A DNA stretch of 64,000 nt from Actinomycetota bacterium (GTDB taxonomy: Bacteria; Actinomycetota; CADDZG01; WHSQ01). This document shows, piece after piece, positions 26,135 through 35,487 of the stretch. The stretch is from the NCBI GenBank assembly GCA_034667545.1, contig JAXDJR010000015.1, forward strand, positions 2,850-66,849, written 5' to 3'. How positions within the stretch are numbered: position 1 is the first letter of the stretch; each line of letters starts with the position of its first letter. Under the pieces are notes generated by a model. It did no database searches. It saw nothing but the letters and a program-made list of their open reading frames with translations, and had not been told where the DNA came from. A program made the position numbers and the translations under genes.

Positions 26135-27256
26135 CTACTCCGTCGCGGGCAGCGTTTCCGTTAAGCATCCGGGCAGAAGGACCTTGAAGGAAGCACCGCC
26201 TCCAGGGCGGTCTTCTACCCAGGCCCTTCCTCCCAGTAACCTCGCGAATCTTTCTACCAAAGCCAGCCCGATCCCGGTGCCTGCCACGGAAGGTGATGCT
26301 GCTACCCGGACGAAGGGATCGAAGATAGCCTGTTTCGAGTCCTCGTCTACGCCGGGTCCATCGTCGTCTACGTACAGGATCAGGTCCGACCGTCCGGCGG
26401 CCTCGAATCCGAGCCACACTTTCCCTCCAGGAGTGGTGTAGCGCAGGGCATTATCGAGGAGATTGACCAGGATCCGTTCCAAGACCGCCCGATCGATCTT
26501 GGCGACGAGCCCCGAGGACCGGAGTTCGACGCCCCGCTGCCGGTGCGTCTCGAGCTGGCTGAACGCCTGCCGGCCCAGCTGGTCGAGGTCGACAACGTCG
26601 TCCATCGTCCCCAGGTGGCCGCCCCTGAGACGGTCGAGGTCGAGGAGGTCGGTAAGGAGACCCTTCATCTGGTAGGCGCTCCTCAATATCCGTTGGAGGA
26701 GCTCGGTCATCTCCTCGGGCTCGAGGTTGAGGTCCTCCCGCACGAGGGTCTGGGCTAACCCGATCACGGCCGCCAGCGGGCTGCGAAGGTCGTGTGACAC
26801 GGACTGAAGGAATGTGTCCTTCAGTGTGTGCAGCATCTTGAGCCGGAGTTCGCTCTCTCGGAGAAGGTCCCTGCCCCGGTTGCTCTCGGTGACGTCCCGG
26901 ATCAGCCACCTGAGCGCCTCACCGCCGCCGGTTCGCACTCCGCCAACCCGAAGGGAGACCGGCACGGGATCGCCTCGCTCGGGAGCCATCGTTGCCTCCC
27001 ACTCCTCCAACGAGCCGGGGGCGCGCAGGGCGGCGATCCGCTCTAGGGCGTTGGCTTTCGAAGCGGGGGCTATGAACTGCAGGATAGACAGCCCGCCAAG
27101 CTTCTCGACAGGCGCGCCAAGGAGGTCCCCTGCAGCTGCATTGGCCCCCAGGATGCGCCCTCCGGTGTCGGTCACGATGTAGGGGTCGGGGGCAAGCTCG
27201 AAGAGCAGCCGGTAATCGGCAGCCTCCAGCCTGCTGAGGTTGATGTCCGGGTCCAT
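26135..27256 (-). CDS. Cytoplasmic PAS-domain sensor histidine kinase
   Basis: PAS-like N-terminus (YRLLFELAPDPYIVTD), H-box SVSHDLRSPLAAV, N-box LVNLLDNALRYT, G-boxes DDDGPGV and GTGIGLALVERFARLLGG. ATG 27256 with a GGAG-type RBS is preferred over GTG 27322. Confidence 0.85.
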   Translation of the reverse strand: MDPDINLSRLEAADYRLLFELAPDPYIVTDTGGRILGANAAAGDLLGAPVEKLGGLSILQFIAPASKANALERIAALRAPGSLEEWEATMAPERGDPVPVSLRVGGVRTGGGEALRWLIRDVTESNRGRDLLRESELRLKMLHTLKDTFLQSVSHDLRSPLAAVIGLAQTLVREDLNLEPEEMTELLQRILRSAYQMKGLLTDLLDLDRLRGGHLGTMDDVVDLDQLGRQAFSQLETHRQRGVELRSSGLVAKIDRAVLERILVNLLDNALRYTTPGGKVWLGFEAAGRSDLILYVDDDGPGVDEDSKQAIFDPFVRVAASPSVAGTGIGLALVERFARLLGGRAWVEDRPGGGASFKVLLPGCLTETLPATE

Positions 27257-27355
27257 CCTCTCCCCGCTCTCTCCGGGCTTGTGCTCTCTAAAGGTGTCCC
27301 CCTTCAGAAGGTGACCACTCACAATAAGCTGGGCGCCATCGAGAAGAATGCTGAG

Positions 27356-27751
27356 ATGCGCGGCACGGTCGTGGTCGTCGACGACGATGAGAATTTCCGT
27401 TTTGCCCTGATCTTGATGCTGCAGCTGGAAGGCTTCGAGGTCGTGGGAGAGGCCGCCGACGGGTTCGAGGCGGTCGACGTCACCGAGGCGGCGAAGCCTT
27501 CTTTCGTCATCATCGACACGATGTTGCCGGGACGGGACGGGGAAGAGGCCGCCGCCCTGATCCGCACCCGGGCCCCCGGTTCGAAGATCATCGCGTCCTC
27601 GGGTTTCCTGAGGTCAACCCCCACGTGGGCAGATGCCTTCGCCGACAAGACCGACGTGGCCGCGATAGCGAAGTTGTTGAGAGAGCTCGCCGGCGAGGGC
27701 CCGCCCGACGGGCTCCGGGGGCGGGACTCGAACCCGCAACCTACCGGTTAA
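27356..27751 (+). CDS. Single-domain (receiver-only) response regulator
   Basis: VVVVDDDENFRFALILMLQLEGFEVVGEAADG...FVIIDTMLPGRDG is a CheY-like receiver. It is divergent from the PAS kinase. The last ~13 codons read through the antisense tRNA-Asn gene. Confidence 0.75.
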   Translation: MRGTVVVVDDDENFRFALILMLQLEGFEVVGEAADGFEAVDVTEAAKPSFVIIDTMLPGRDGEEAAALIRTRAPGSKIIASSGFLRSTPTWADAFADKTDVAAIAKLLRELAGEGPPDGLRGRDSNPQPTG

Positions 27752-27785
27752 CAGCCGGTTGCTCTGCCAATTGAGCTACCCCGGA
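27713..27785 (-). tRNA. tRNA-Asn (anticodon GTT)
   Basis: Hand-folded cloverleaf: acceptor TCCGGGG/CCCCGGA, D-arm GCTC-AATTGGCA-GAGC, anticodon arm ACCGG-CTGTTAA-CCGGT, variable loop AGGTT, T-arm GCGGG-TTCGAGT-CCCGC, discriminator G. CCA is not encoded. Confidence 0.95.
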
Positions 27786-27883
27786 TCGACCGCCGACATA
27801 TTAAGTGGACGGCGGATCGACGGCTGGAAGCACCCGGATACGATGCGAGCTACGCCGATCTCAAGAGACATAGGAGGGTCAGC

Positions 27884-28165
27884 ATGCGGGGCCGAATGGG
27901 TCTGTTCATCGGGATGGGGGCCGGCTACGTCCTGGGCACGAAGGCTGGGCGCGAGCGCTACGTACAACTGAAACGTCTCTACGACAACCTCACCGCGTCA
28001 CCTGCCTTCCGCCAGGCCAAAGCCAAGGCTAAAGAGGCAGCCGGAAGCGGGCTCGGCACTGCGAAAGACGCAGCGGGTGGCGGCGTGTCGAAGGTGGCCA
28101 GTGCGGTCCGCAATCGGGGCGACGATCGGTCCGGAGGCCTCTCGGTAGCTCCCCCACCCTCCTAG
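27884..28165 (+). CDS. Small YtxH-like membrane-associated protein (hypothetical)
   Basis: AGGAGG RBS upstream of the ATG. An N-terminal hydrophobic helix (LFIGMGAGYVLG) is followed by a Lys/Ala-rich amphipathic region. Confidence 0.6.
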   Translation: MRGRMGLFIGMGAGYVLGTKAGRERYVQLKRLYDNLTASPAFRQAKAKAKEAAGSGLGTAKDAAGGGVSKVASAVRNRGDDRSGGLSVAPPPS

Positions 28166-28181
28166 CCCCAGCACGTCTTGG

Positions 28182-28199
28182 CGCGGGCCACGGCCCGCG
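28182..28199. terminator. GC hairpin between convergent genes (putative bidirectional terminator)
   Basis: CGCGGGC-CACG-GCCCGCG is a perfect 7-bp stem between the stop at 28165 and the sigA stop at 28211. Confidence 0.45.
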
Positions 28200-28210
28200 G
28201 AGTGCGCCTC

Positions 28211-29458
28211 CTACTCGAGGTAGTCGCGCAGTTTCTGGCTGCGCGATGGGTGCCGAAGCTTGGACAGGGTCTTTGACTCGATCTGACGGATGCGCTCGCG
28301 GGTAACTCCGAACTTCTTGCCGACTTCTTCAAGCGTTCGGGGCTGGCCATCGACCAAACCGAACCGCAAGCGGATCACTTCCTTCTCGCGGTCAGTGAGC
28401 GTGTGCAGTACCGATTCGAGTTGCTCTTGTAACAGCTTGAAAGAGGCTCGCTCGAGGGGCACGACCGCTTCATCGTCCGGGATGAAGTCCCCGAGATGGG
28501 AATCCTCTTCCTCGCCGATCGGGGTTTCGAGTGACACGGGCTCTTGTGAGATCTTCTGGATCTCACGCACCTTTTCGGGCGAGAGTTCCATCTGTAAGCC
28601 GATCTCATCCGCAGTGGGCTCGCGTCCGAAGTCCTGGAGCAACTGCCGTTGGATGCGTACCAGCTTGTTGATGGTCTCGACCATATGCACCGGAATGCGG
28701 ATAGTTCGAGCCTGATCTGCGATCGCTCGGGTGATCGCCTGGCGGATCCACCATGTCGCGTAGGTGGAGAATTTGTAGCCCTTGGTGTAGTCGAACTTCT
28801 CGACCGCACGGATCAATCCGAGATTGCCCTCTTGTATCAGGTCCAGAAAAGCCATGCCTCGTCCGACATAGCGTTTGGCGATCGACACCACGAGACGCAG
28901 GTTTGCTTCAACCAGATGGCGCTTCGCCATGGCCCCGTCGCGCTCGAGCCATTCCACCTCCATCACCTTGTCCGAAGATAGCTTGTTGCGTTCCTTTTCG
29001 AGTTTCTCGGTAGCGAACACGCCTGCTTCGATCCTTTTGGCTAGCCACACCTCTTCTTGTGCGGTTAGCAGGGCGACGCGTCCGATCTCCTTCAAGTACA
29101 TGCGAACGGGATCGTTCGTGGGGGCCTTGAGTGCCATCTCGACTTCCTTCCGAGCGCGAACTCGGTCCTCGTCGGGATCGGCAGCTTCCGGCTTTTCGTT
29201 CTTGACCTCTTCTTCTTCGATGATCGCTTCGTCTTCGGCGACGTCCACGCCCAAGTCCATCAAGCGCTGATAGACCGCGTCGGTGTCATCCGGCGTCAGA
29301 TCGAGGACCGAGAGCTTTTCCGCGAGGTCGGCGGCGGTTACGGAGCCGTCCGCCTTCGCCGCCCGGATAATACGGTCGACCTCGGCCTGAGTGGTGCTGA
29401 CCTCGGTAACGGTGCCCGTACCGCCACCCTCCCGATCCGGTCCCCCAGGTTCCACCAT
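28211..29458 (-). CDS. sigA: Principal RNA polymerase sigma factor (sigma-70/SigA)
   Basis: Region 2 is [38 protein letters not shown]. Region 4.2 is [30 protein letters not shown]. Confidence 0.95.
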   Translation of the reverse strand: MVEPGGPDREGGGTGTVTEVSTTQAEVDRIIRAAKADGSVTAADLAEKLSVLDLTPDDTDAVYQRLMDLGVDVAEDEAIIEEEEVKNEKPEAADPDEDRVRARKEVEMALKAPTNDPVRMYLKEIGRVALLTAQEEVWLAKRIEAGVFATEKLEKERNKLSSDKVMEVEWLERDGAMAKRHLVEANLRLVVSIAKRYVGRGMAFLDLIQEGNLGLIRAVEKFDYTKGYKFSTYATWWIRQAITRAIADQARTIRIPVHMVETINKLVRIQRQLLQDFGREPTADEIGLQMELSPEKVREIQKISQEPVSLETPIGEEEDSHLGDFIPDDEAVVPLERASFKLLQEQLESVLHTLTDREKEVIRLRFGLVDGQPRTLEEVGKKFGVTRERIRQIESKTLSKLRHPSRSQKLRDYLE

Positions 29459-31267
29459 CTAGACCCCGCTCTCTATCCGCCGTAGAAGGTCGCGCCGCTG
29501 TGCTTCGAGCCCCACGAGCGTAGTGAACAAATCGTCGTGCCGCTCGGGTTCATTGAGCGGGTTGATGTCCTGCAGGATGTCCCGGCGCTTCTTTATCTCG
29601 CGTTCCAGCCGGAAGACCTGCAGGCGCACAAACACTTCGTCGGCGCGCTGCGGCCACTCTTCTTCGGAGGTGGCCGCATCGGTCATGGCGAGCTCTGCAA
29701 AAAGCGTACGGGCATCCGGACTGAGGCGCTCGGCGATGTCGCCGCCGAACTCACCATTGGTCGAGGAAACTGCCTGCATCGCCTCCCGGAACAGCTCGCG
29801 ACGAGCCGGTGAGGTGAAGTCTGTCTCGGTGATCTCCGTCGCTCGCGAAGCGATTGCCCGTGTCCGCGTCAGCAACATCTGCAACGCCTCCCGTTCGACC
29901 TTTACATGCCCGGGGAAACGCCGGTCTCGCTCACGTTCGTTCATTCCCCCCGTTGCTCCCGAACCACCGGACGAGCGTTCGTTGAGCGCCCGTTGCACCG
30001 CCTCCGGTTCGACCCCGATCCTTCGTGCGGCAATGAAAACATACTGTCCGCGTGCTATCGGATCGGGGTGCCACCCTAGCACTTCTACAGCTTCTCTCAC
30101 CGCGCGAGAGCGCGCTTCAGGCGTGTCCAACGGCAGCTTGGCCAGCGTTTGTTCGAGCTTGAATTCGAGGATCGGCTGAGCGTCACCTATAACCTTTCGG
30201 ATCAGATCGGGCCCGTGCTCTCGCACCGCATCGGCGGGATCCTGATCGGAGGGCAGCGGCGCGACGAGAACCTCGAGCCCGATGCGGTGATGCATGCCAA
30301 AGCCTCTTTCGGTTGCACCTCTGCCCGCTTCGTCCGCGTCGAACATCAACACTGCGCGTTCCGCGAATCGTTTGAGTAGCTCGAAGTGACTCTCACCCAG
30401 CGCGACGCCGTTGGTGGCAACGGCCTCATCGATACCTGCCTCGTGAAGGGCGATCACGTCGGTGTATCCCTCGACGACTAGGGCCGTGCTCGTCCGCGCC
30501 ATTGTTCTCTTCGCTCGGTTGAGTCCGTACATCACTCGCGACTTGGAGAACACGGGCGTTTCTGAAGAGTTGAGGTACTTCGGTTGCTGGTCGCCAAGCG
30601 CTCTGGCCCCAAAACCAATGACGTCGTCGTTGAGGTTCCACGTGGGGAAAGTGATCCTGTCGCGGAATGTGTCGTACAGGCTTCCATCCCGCTCGCTCTT
30701 CCTGACCAGATCGGCCTGGACCAGCTCCTGATCCGAGAAACCCCTGCTCAATAGGTGTCTGCAGAGCAGGTCTCGCCCCGGCGCGAACCCCAGCTTCCAC
30801 CGCTCGGCGACGTCTCGTCCGAACCCGCGGCCCTCGAGGTAGCGTCGGGCCTCGAGGGCCGCGTCGGACTGGAACAGGGTCCGATAGAAGAAGTCCGCGG
30901 CTGCGTTGTTCGCTTCGATCAGGCGCGCCTTTTGGCCGCGTCGTTGTGTCTCTCCGGGACGAGCCTCCTCGTAATGGATCTCGTAGCCGGTCTTGCGCGC
31001 GAGCCATTCCACGGCTTCCGGGAAGGGAAGAGCTTCGACCTTCTGGATGAATTGGTAGACGTTGCCGCTCTCTCCACAACCGAAGCAGTGATAGAGACCC
31101 CGGCCGGCATCAACTGTGAAAGATGGAGTCTTCTCGGAATGGAAAGGGCAAAGCCCCTTGAAGGTTTGGCCCCCGGACTTTTTGAGGTGCGTGTAACCCG
31201 AAACGACGTCGACGATGCTGGCGCGCTCGCGCAGTCCGTCGATGTCGTCTTCTCTGATCTTTGCCAC
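29459..31267 (-). CDS. dnaG: DNA primase
   Basis: Zinc-binding domain CPFHSEKTPSF...YHCFGCGESGN and TOPRIM block LVVEGYTDVIAL. It lies immediately upstream of sigA. Confidence 0.95.
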   Translation of the reverse strand: MAKIREDDIDGLRERASIVDVVSGYTHLKKSGGQTFKGLCPFHSEKTPSFTVDAGRGLYHCFGCGESGNVYQFIQKVEALPFPEAVEWLARKTGYEIHYEEARPGETQRRGQKARLIEANNAAADFFYRTLFQSDAALEARRYLEGRGFGRDVAERWKLGFAPGRDLLCRHLLSRGFSDQELVQADLVRKSERDGSLYDTFRDRITFPTWNLNDDVIGFGARALGDQQPKYLNSSETPVFSKSRVMYGLNRAKRTMARTSTALVVEGYTDVIALHEAGIDEAVATNGVALGESHFELLKRFAERAVLMFDADEAGRGATERGFGMHHRIGLEVLVAPLPSDQDPADAVREHGPDLIRKVIGDAQPILEFKLEQTLAKLPLDTPEARSRAVREAVEVLGWHPDPIARGQYVFIAARRIGVEPEAVQRALNERSSGGSGATGGMNERERDRRFPGHVKVEREALQMLLTRTRAIASRATEITETDFTSPARRELFREAMQAVSSTNGEFGGDIAERLSPDARTLFAELAMTDAATSEEEWPQRADEVFVRLQVFRLEREIKKRRDILQDINPLNEPERHDDLFTTLVGLEAQRRDLLRRIESGV

Positions 31268-31316
31268 TACCGCCCCTTGTTAGCGCGCGCGAGCCGAACT
31301 TCGGGGGGAAGTGGCG

Positions 31317-32315
31317 TCATCCTAGTCCCGCCGTGAGGTCTGGAGGGGGCATCCCCACAACGGACTCGAACGCCTTGATGGCGAAGCGGTCGGTCATCCC
31401 TGAGACGTAGTCCACGGCGGACATCGCGGTGGCTTGACCTGGTTCCGTGGCTTCTTCCGGGATGCCGTTCTTCGAGAAATGATCGAGCAGGCTTTTCACC
31501 ACCCGATGCACAGCCTCGCGCGTAGACGCCGCCACCAGACCCAGATAGACGCGCTCGAAGAGAAAATCGCGCGTCACTCCCATCGCGTTCATCACATCAT
31601 CGGTCATCCGGATGCCGTCTTTCCCATACGACGCGTCAACGATGTCGTTCACCATGGTCCCGATCCGGCGAGTCTTGCCGACCCCCAGGATGGCGCGGGT
31701 GACCTGCGGCAGATCACTCTCTGCCAGGATCCCGGCACGGATTGCATCTTCGATGTCGTGGTTGATGTAGGCGATGCGATCGGCGTACCGCGCGATCTGG
31801 CCTTCCAGGGTGGTGGGCATCGCCATAGACCATGTGTGGTTGGCGATCCCGTCGCGCACCTCCTTGGTCAGGTTCATCGGCTCCAAGACTTCAACGATCC
31901 GCACCGATTGCAGGTTGTGGCGAAAGCCAGGCTGGAACTCGGCGACCATCTCTTCACCCAGATGACCGAACGGAGTGTGGCCGAGATCGTGCCCGAGGCA
32001 GATTGCCTCGACGAGGTCCTCGTTGAGTCTCAAGGCGCGGGCGATGGTCCGGGCGACCTGGGTGACTTCGAGCGTGTGGGTCAAGCGGACCCTGTAATGG
32101 TCGCCTTCGGGGGCGAGGAATACCTGGGTCTTGTGAGCGAGCCGGCGAAAGGGCTTGGAATGGATGATCCGGTCCCGGTCCTGCTGGAAAAGAGTCCGGA
32201 TGGGATCGTCCGGCTCCTGCATCTCGCGGCCGAGGGACTCCACAACAAGTTGGGCGCGTTCAGAAAGTGTCTGTCGCTCTACCTCTTCGGTTCTCTGCCG
32301 GTAGCCTTCGCGCAC
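31317..32315 (-). CDS. dgt: dGTP triphosphohydrolase-like HD-domain protein
   Basis: FQQDRDRIIHSKPFRRLAHKTQVF, RLTHTLEVTQVARTIA and HDLGHTPFGH. Confidence 0.9.
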   Translation of the reverse strand: MREGYRQRTEEVERQTLSERAQLVVESLGREMQEPDDPIRTLFQQDRDRIIHSKPFRRLAHKTQVFLAPEGDHYRVRLTHTLEVTQVARTIARALRLNEDLVEAICLGHDLGHTPFGHLGEEMVAEFQPGFRHNLQSVRIVEVLEPMNLTKEVRDGIANHTWSMAMPTTLEGQIARYADRIAYINHDIEDAIRAGILAESDLPQVTRAILGVGKTRRIGTMVNDIVDASYGKDGIRMTDDVMNAMGVTRDFLFERVYLGLVAASTREAVHRVVKSLLDHFSKNGIPEEATEPGQATAMSAVDYVSGMTDRFAIKAFESVVGMPPPDLTAGLG

Positions 32316-32503
32316 GAAGACTCCGTTCAGCCGGTCGTGTCGAGTTGGGGGCCGGAAAGATACCTGCCCGTGGTCCTATGGTGCGATTGAGAGATAGGCA
32401 CTCGCTCAATCGTAGTGCGGTAACTGCCCGTGGACGTGATGCCCGTCACTCGTGTGTCTTCGCGGAGGTCGAGCCACGCAGCCTGGCCCGGTCTCGCCAA
32501 GAA

Positions 32504-35230
32504 CTACTTGGAGCTGGAGAGAGCCGCGCCCATAACTGCTTGAGCCGCCGCCAGCCTGGCCGTCGGCACACGGAATGGTGAGCAGGAGACATAGTCGAGG
32601 CCCAGACGGTCACAGAACCCCACCGAGTCCGGGTCGCCTCCGTGTTCGCCGCAGATCCCCAGGTGCATCGACGGGTTCGCCTGGCGCCCGCGAGTCACCG
32701 CGATCTCCATCAACGCCCCCACGCCCGGTTCATCGATCGTCACGAAAGGATTCGCCGGAACCAGCTTGCGTTCCTCGTACATGGCGAGGAACTTTCCGAT
32801 GTCGTCGCGCGAGAATCCGAAGGCCGTCTGCGACAGATCGTTGGTGCCGAAAGAGAAGAAGTCGGCGTGGGTTGCTATCGCATCCGCAGCCATGCACGCC
32901 CGCGGCAGTTCGATCATCGTTCCGAACTCGATCGGCAGATCGACCTTCGCCTTCGCGAGGATCTGCTGCGCAACGGGCTCGAGCTCTTCCCGCATCTGAC
33001 GCAGCTCTTCAGCCGTCGCGACAAGGGGAATCATGATCTCGGGACGGGGGTCCTTGCCTTTCTTCTTCAGCTTGACGGCAGCCTCGACCATGGCTCGCAC
33101 CTGCATCGCGTACAAGCCGGGCTTCACGATCCCAAGGCGTACCCCGCGAAGGCCGAGCATGGGGTTGGCCTCGTGGAGCTCGTCGACCTTCCGCAGGATC
33201 TCTTCGGCCGCTTTGAGCGTGAAGGAGTCTCCCCGGATGGTCACTTTGCGCTTTCCTGTCGCTCGTGCGACCGCCACCTGGGAGGCCAGCTCTACTTGAT
33301 CGGGCAGGAACTCGTGGAGGGGCGGATCGAGCAGACGAACCGTCACCGGCAAGCCGTCCATGGCGTCGAAGATGTCCACGAAGTCGTTGCGCTGCAGCGG
33401 TAAGAGCTCATCCAGCGCGGCGGATTCCTCCTCAGGGGTGTCGGCAAAGATCATCTTGCGGACCACGGCCACACGCTCTTCGCCCAGGAACATGTGCTCG
33501 GTGCGGCAGAGCCCGATGCCCTGGGCTCCCCGCCGGCGGGCATTCTTAGCTTGGTCGGGGGTATCGGCGTTGGCGCGCACGCGTAGCCGGCGAGCGTCGT
33601 CGGCCACCGTCATGAACCTCTCGTAAGCCGCCCACAGCGGTGACCGCTGAGCATGTTTGTCACCAAGCAGGGCAGCGTCGAGAACTGAGGGTTCGGTCTC
33701 GAGCTTGCCCGCGTAAACGGTGCCCTCGGTTCCGTCGAGAGTGATCCAGTCACCCTCCTTGATGACGGTTCCGGCGACCGAGAATCTCTTTGCCTTGCGG
33801 TCGATATGGATCGCTTCGGCGCCGCAGACTGCGGGTATCCCCTCGCCCCGGGCGACGACTGCAGCATGCGAATTCGTTCCACCCGCCGAAGTGAGGATGC
33901 CCTGCGAGGCGATCATCCCGTGATAATCGTCCGGCGTCGTTTCCCTGCGCACCAAGATGACGTGCTCGCCGGCGGCTCCCCACTGCGATGCATCCTCGGC
34001 GTCGAAGACCACTCGTCCGACCGCGGCCCCCGGCGAGGCATTGAGGCCGCCGGCGATCGGGGTCGCCGAGGACTTGAGATCCGCTCTGATCACGCGCTTG
34101 AACAGCTCGTCAAGCTTGTCGGCGGTCAGCCGGTCGCGCACGGCTGTTGCCGGATCGATCACGCCCTCATCGACCATGTCCGTTGCGATCCGCCACTCGG
34201 CTAGCGAGGTGCGCTTCCCCACCCGGGTCTGCAGCAGCCACAGCTTGCCCTGTTCGACGGTGAACTCGATGTCGCACATGTCCTTGTAGTGCCCTTCGAG
34301 AGTGGCCATGTGCTGTTGGAGCTCCGACCACGCGCGCGCCTGCACATTGCCCATCTCTTCCAGCTTCAAGGTGGTGCGGATGCCCGCCACGACGTCCTCG
34401 CCCTGCGCATTCTCGAGATAGTCGCCATAGGGATGGGGCTCGCCCGAGGACGGGTCCCTCGTGAAAGCAACACCGGTGCCAGAGTCCTCACCTTTGTTGC
34501 CGAACACCATCGCTTGGACGTTGACTGCGGTTCCGAGCGTGTCCGAGATCTTGTTCCGGCGCCGGTAGTCCTGGGCCCTGCGGTTATCCCACGACCTGAA
34601 GACAGCTTCGATCGCCAGAGTCAGCTGCTCGGAGGGGTCCTGCGGGAAGTCGCGCTTGGTGCCGCGGCGGATGATTTTCTTGAAGGTCTTGACGAGTGCT
34701 TTGAGGTCCGGGGTGGCGAGATCTACGTCGTTCCTGACCTTCTTGCTTTTCTTCGCGTCATCTATCGCATCCTCGAACAGATCGCCATCGAGTCCCAACA
34801 CGGTTTTGCCGAACATCTGCAACAGACGGCGATACGAATCCCATGCGAACCGATCGGAGCCGGTCTGAGACGTCAAACCTTCGACGCTCTCGTCGTTGAG
34901 GCCGACGTTCAGGACGGTGTCCATCATTCCCGGCATCGAGAATGGCGCACCGGAGCGCACCGACACCAACAACGGGTCGCGCGGGTCGCCTACCTGTCGC
35001 CCCAGCGTTTCCTCCAGATTCTTGCGATGTTCGGCCACTTGATCGAGCAGCCCGGGAGGGAAAGTGTGATCGCCTTGGCGGTACGCGTTGCATGCTGCGG
35101 TCGTGATCGTGAACCCCGGAGGCACCGGAAGGCCGAGGTTCGTCATCTCCGCCAGGTTGGCTCCCTTGCCCCCCAACAGGTTCTTCTGGGAGGCATCACC
35201 TTCGCTGAAATTGTAGACCCACTCGCTCAT
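32504..35230 (-). CDS. ppdK: Pyruvate, phosphate dikinase
   Basis: 908 aa. N-terminal LLGGKGANLAEM, phospho-His loop GGTNSHAAVVARGEG, and a C-terminal PEP-utilising TIM barrel (FFSFGTNDLSQ). Confidence 0.95.
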   Translation of the reverse strand: MSEWVYNFSEGDASQKNLLGGKGANLAEMTNLGLPVPPGFTITTAACNAYRQGDHTFPPGLLDQVAEHRKNLEETLGRQVGDPRDPLLVSVRSGAPFSMPGMMDTVLNVGLNDESVEGLTSQTGSDRFAWDSYRRLLQMFGKTVLGLDGDLFEDAIDDAKKSKKVRNDVDLATPDLKALVKTFKKIIRRGTKRDFPQDPSEQLTLAIEAVFRSWDNRRAQDYRRRNKISDTLGTAVNVQAMVFGNKGEDSGTGVAFTRDPSSGEPHPYGDYLENAQGEDVVAGIRTTLKLEEMGNVQARAWSELQQHMATLEGHYKDMCDIEFTVEQGKLWLLQTRVGKRTSLAEWRIATDMVDEGVIDPATAVRDRLTADKLDELFKRVIRADLKSSATPIAGGLNASPGAAVGRVVFDAEDASQWGAAGEHVILVRRETTPDDYHGMIASQGILTSAGGTNSHAAVVARGEGIPAVCGAEAIHIDRKAKRFSVAGTVIKEGDWITLDGTEGTVYAGKLETEPSVLDAALLGDKHAQRSPLWAAYERFMTVADDARRLRVRANADTPDQAKNARRRGAQGIGLCRTEHMFLGEERVAVVRKMIFADTPEEESAALDELLPLQRNDFVDIFDAMDGLPVTVRLLDPPLHEFLPDQVELASQVAVARATGKRKVTIRGDSFTLKAAEEILRKVDELHEANPMLGLRGVRLGIVKPGLYAMQVRAMVEAAVKLKKKGKDPRPEIMIPLVATAEELRQMREELEPVAQQILAKAKVDLPIEFGTMIELPRACMAADAIATHADFFSFGTNDLSQTAFGFSRDDIGKFLAMYEERKLVPANPFVTIDEPGVGALMEIAVTRGRQANPSMHLGICGEHGGDPDSVGFCDRLGLDYVSCSPFRVPTARLAAAQAVMGAALSSSK

Positions 35231-35487
35231 CGGACCCCTTCCGGTTCGGTCAGATCGATATCCAGCACAGTGTCTCTGTCACCCAGCTGCACTTCAGCAA
35301 GCGCGCGCCGGCCCTGGTGGTCCCACGCTCGCAAACTCCAAGAGCCGGCGATGAGGTGAAAGGCGTAGATGCCCGAGCCGTCTACTTGCATCTGGTCGAG
35401 GACGTCACCGGAGGAATTGTGGAGCTCGACCACGGCGTTCGGCGCAGGCGACAGGCCGTTGAGGGTGACTCGTCCGGTGAGGATCAC
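35227..35487 (-). CDS. DUF1416-like / carboxypeptidase-regulatory-like beta-sandwich protein
   Basis: 86 aa. The pattern G-V-x-x-G-x-P...VELHNSSGD...GxYxF...GSWSLRAW matches what I recall of actinobacterial DUF1416. It overlaps both neighbours by 4 nt. Confidence 0.6.
   Translation of the reverse strand: MILTGRVTLNGLSPAPNAVVELHNSSGDVLDQMQVDGSGIYAFHLIAGSWSLRAWDHQGRRALAEVQLGDRDTVLDIDLTEPEGVR

Noticed and set aside
1-27785. Classical tRNA-integrated genomic island carrying the EPS locus
   Set aside because: I saw no integrase, transposase or direct repeat of the tRNA-Asn 3' half within the window, and no obvious composition shift. It is kept only as a boundary observation that needs comparative data.
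32575-35359. Several long plus-strand ORFs (32575-33036, 32642-33403, 33806-34204, 34289-35359) opposite ppdK
   Set aside because: They are antisense or alternate frames of a 908-aa gene with clear PPDK motifs. I see no recognisable domains, and the composition is typical of GC-rich shadow ORFs.
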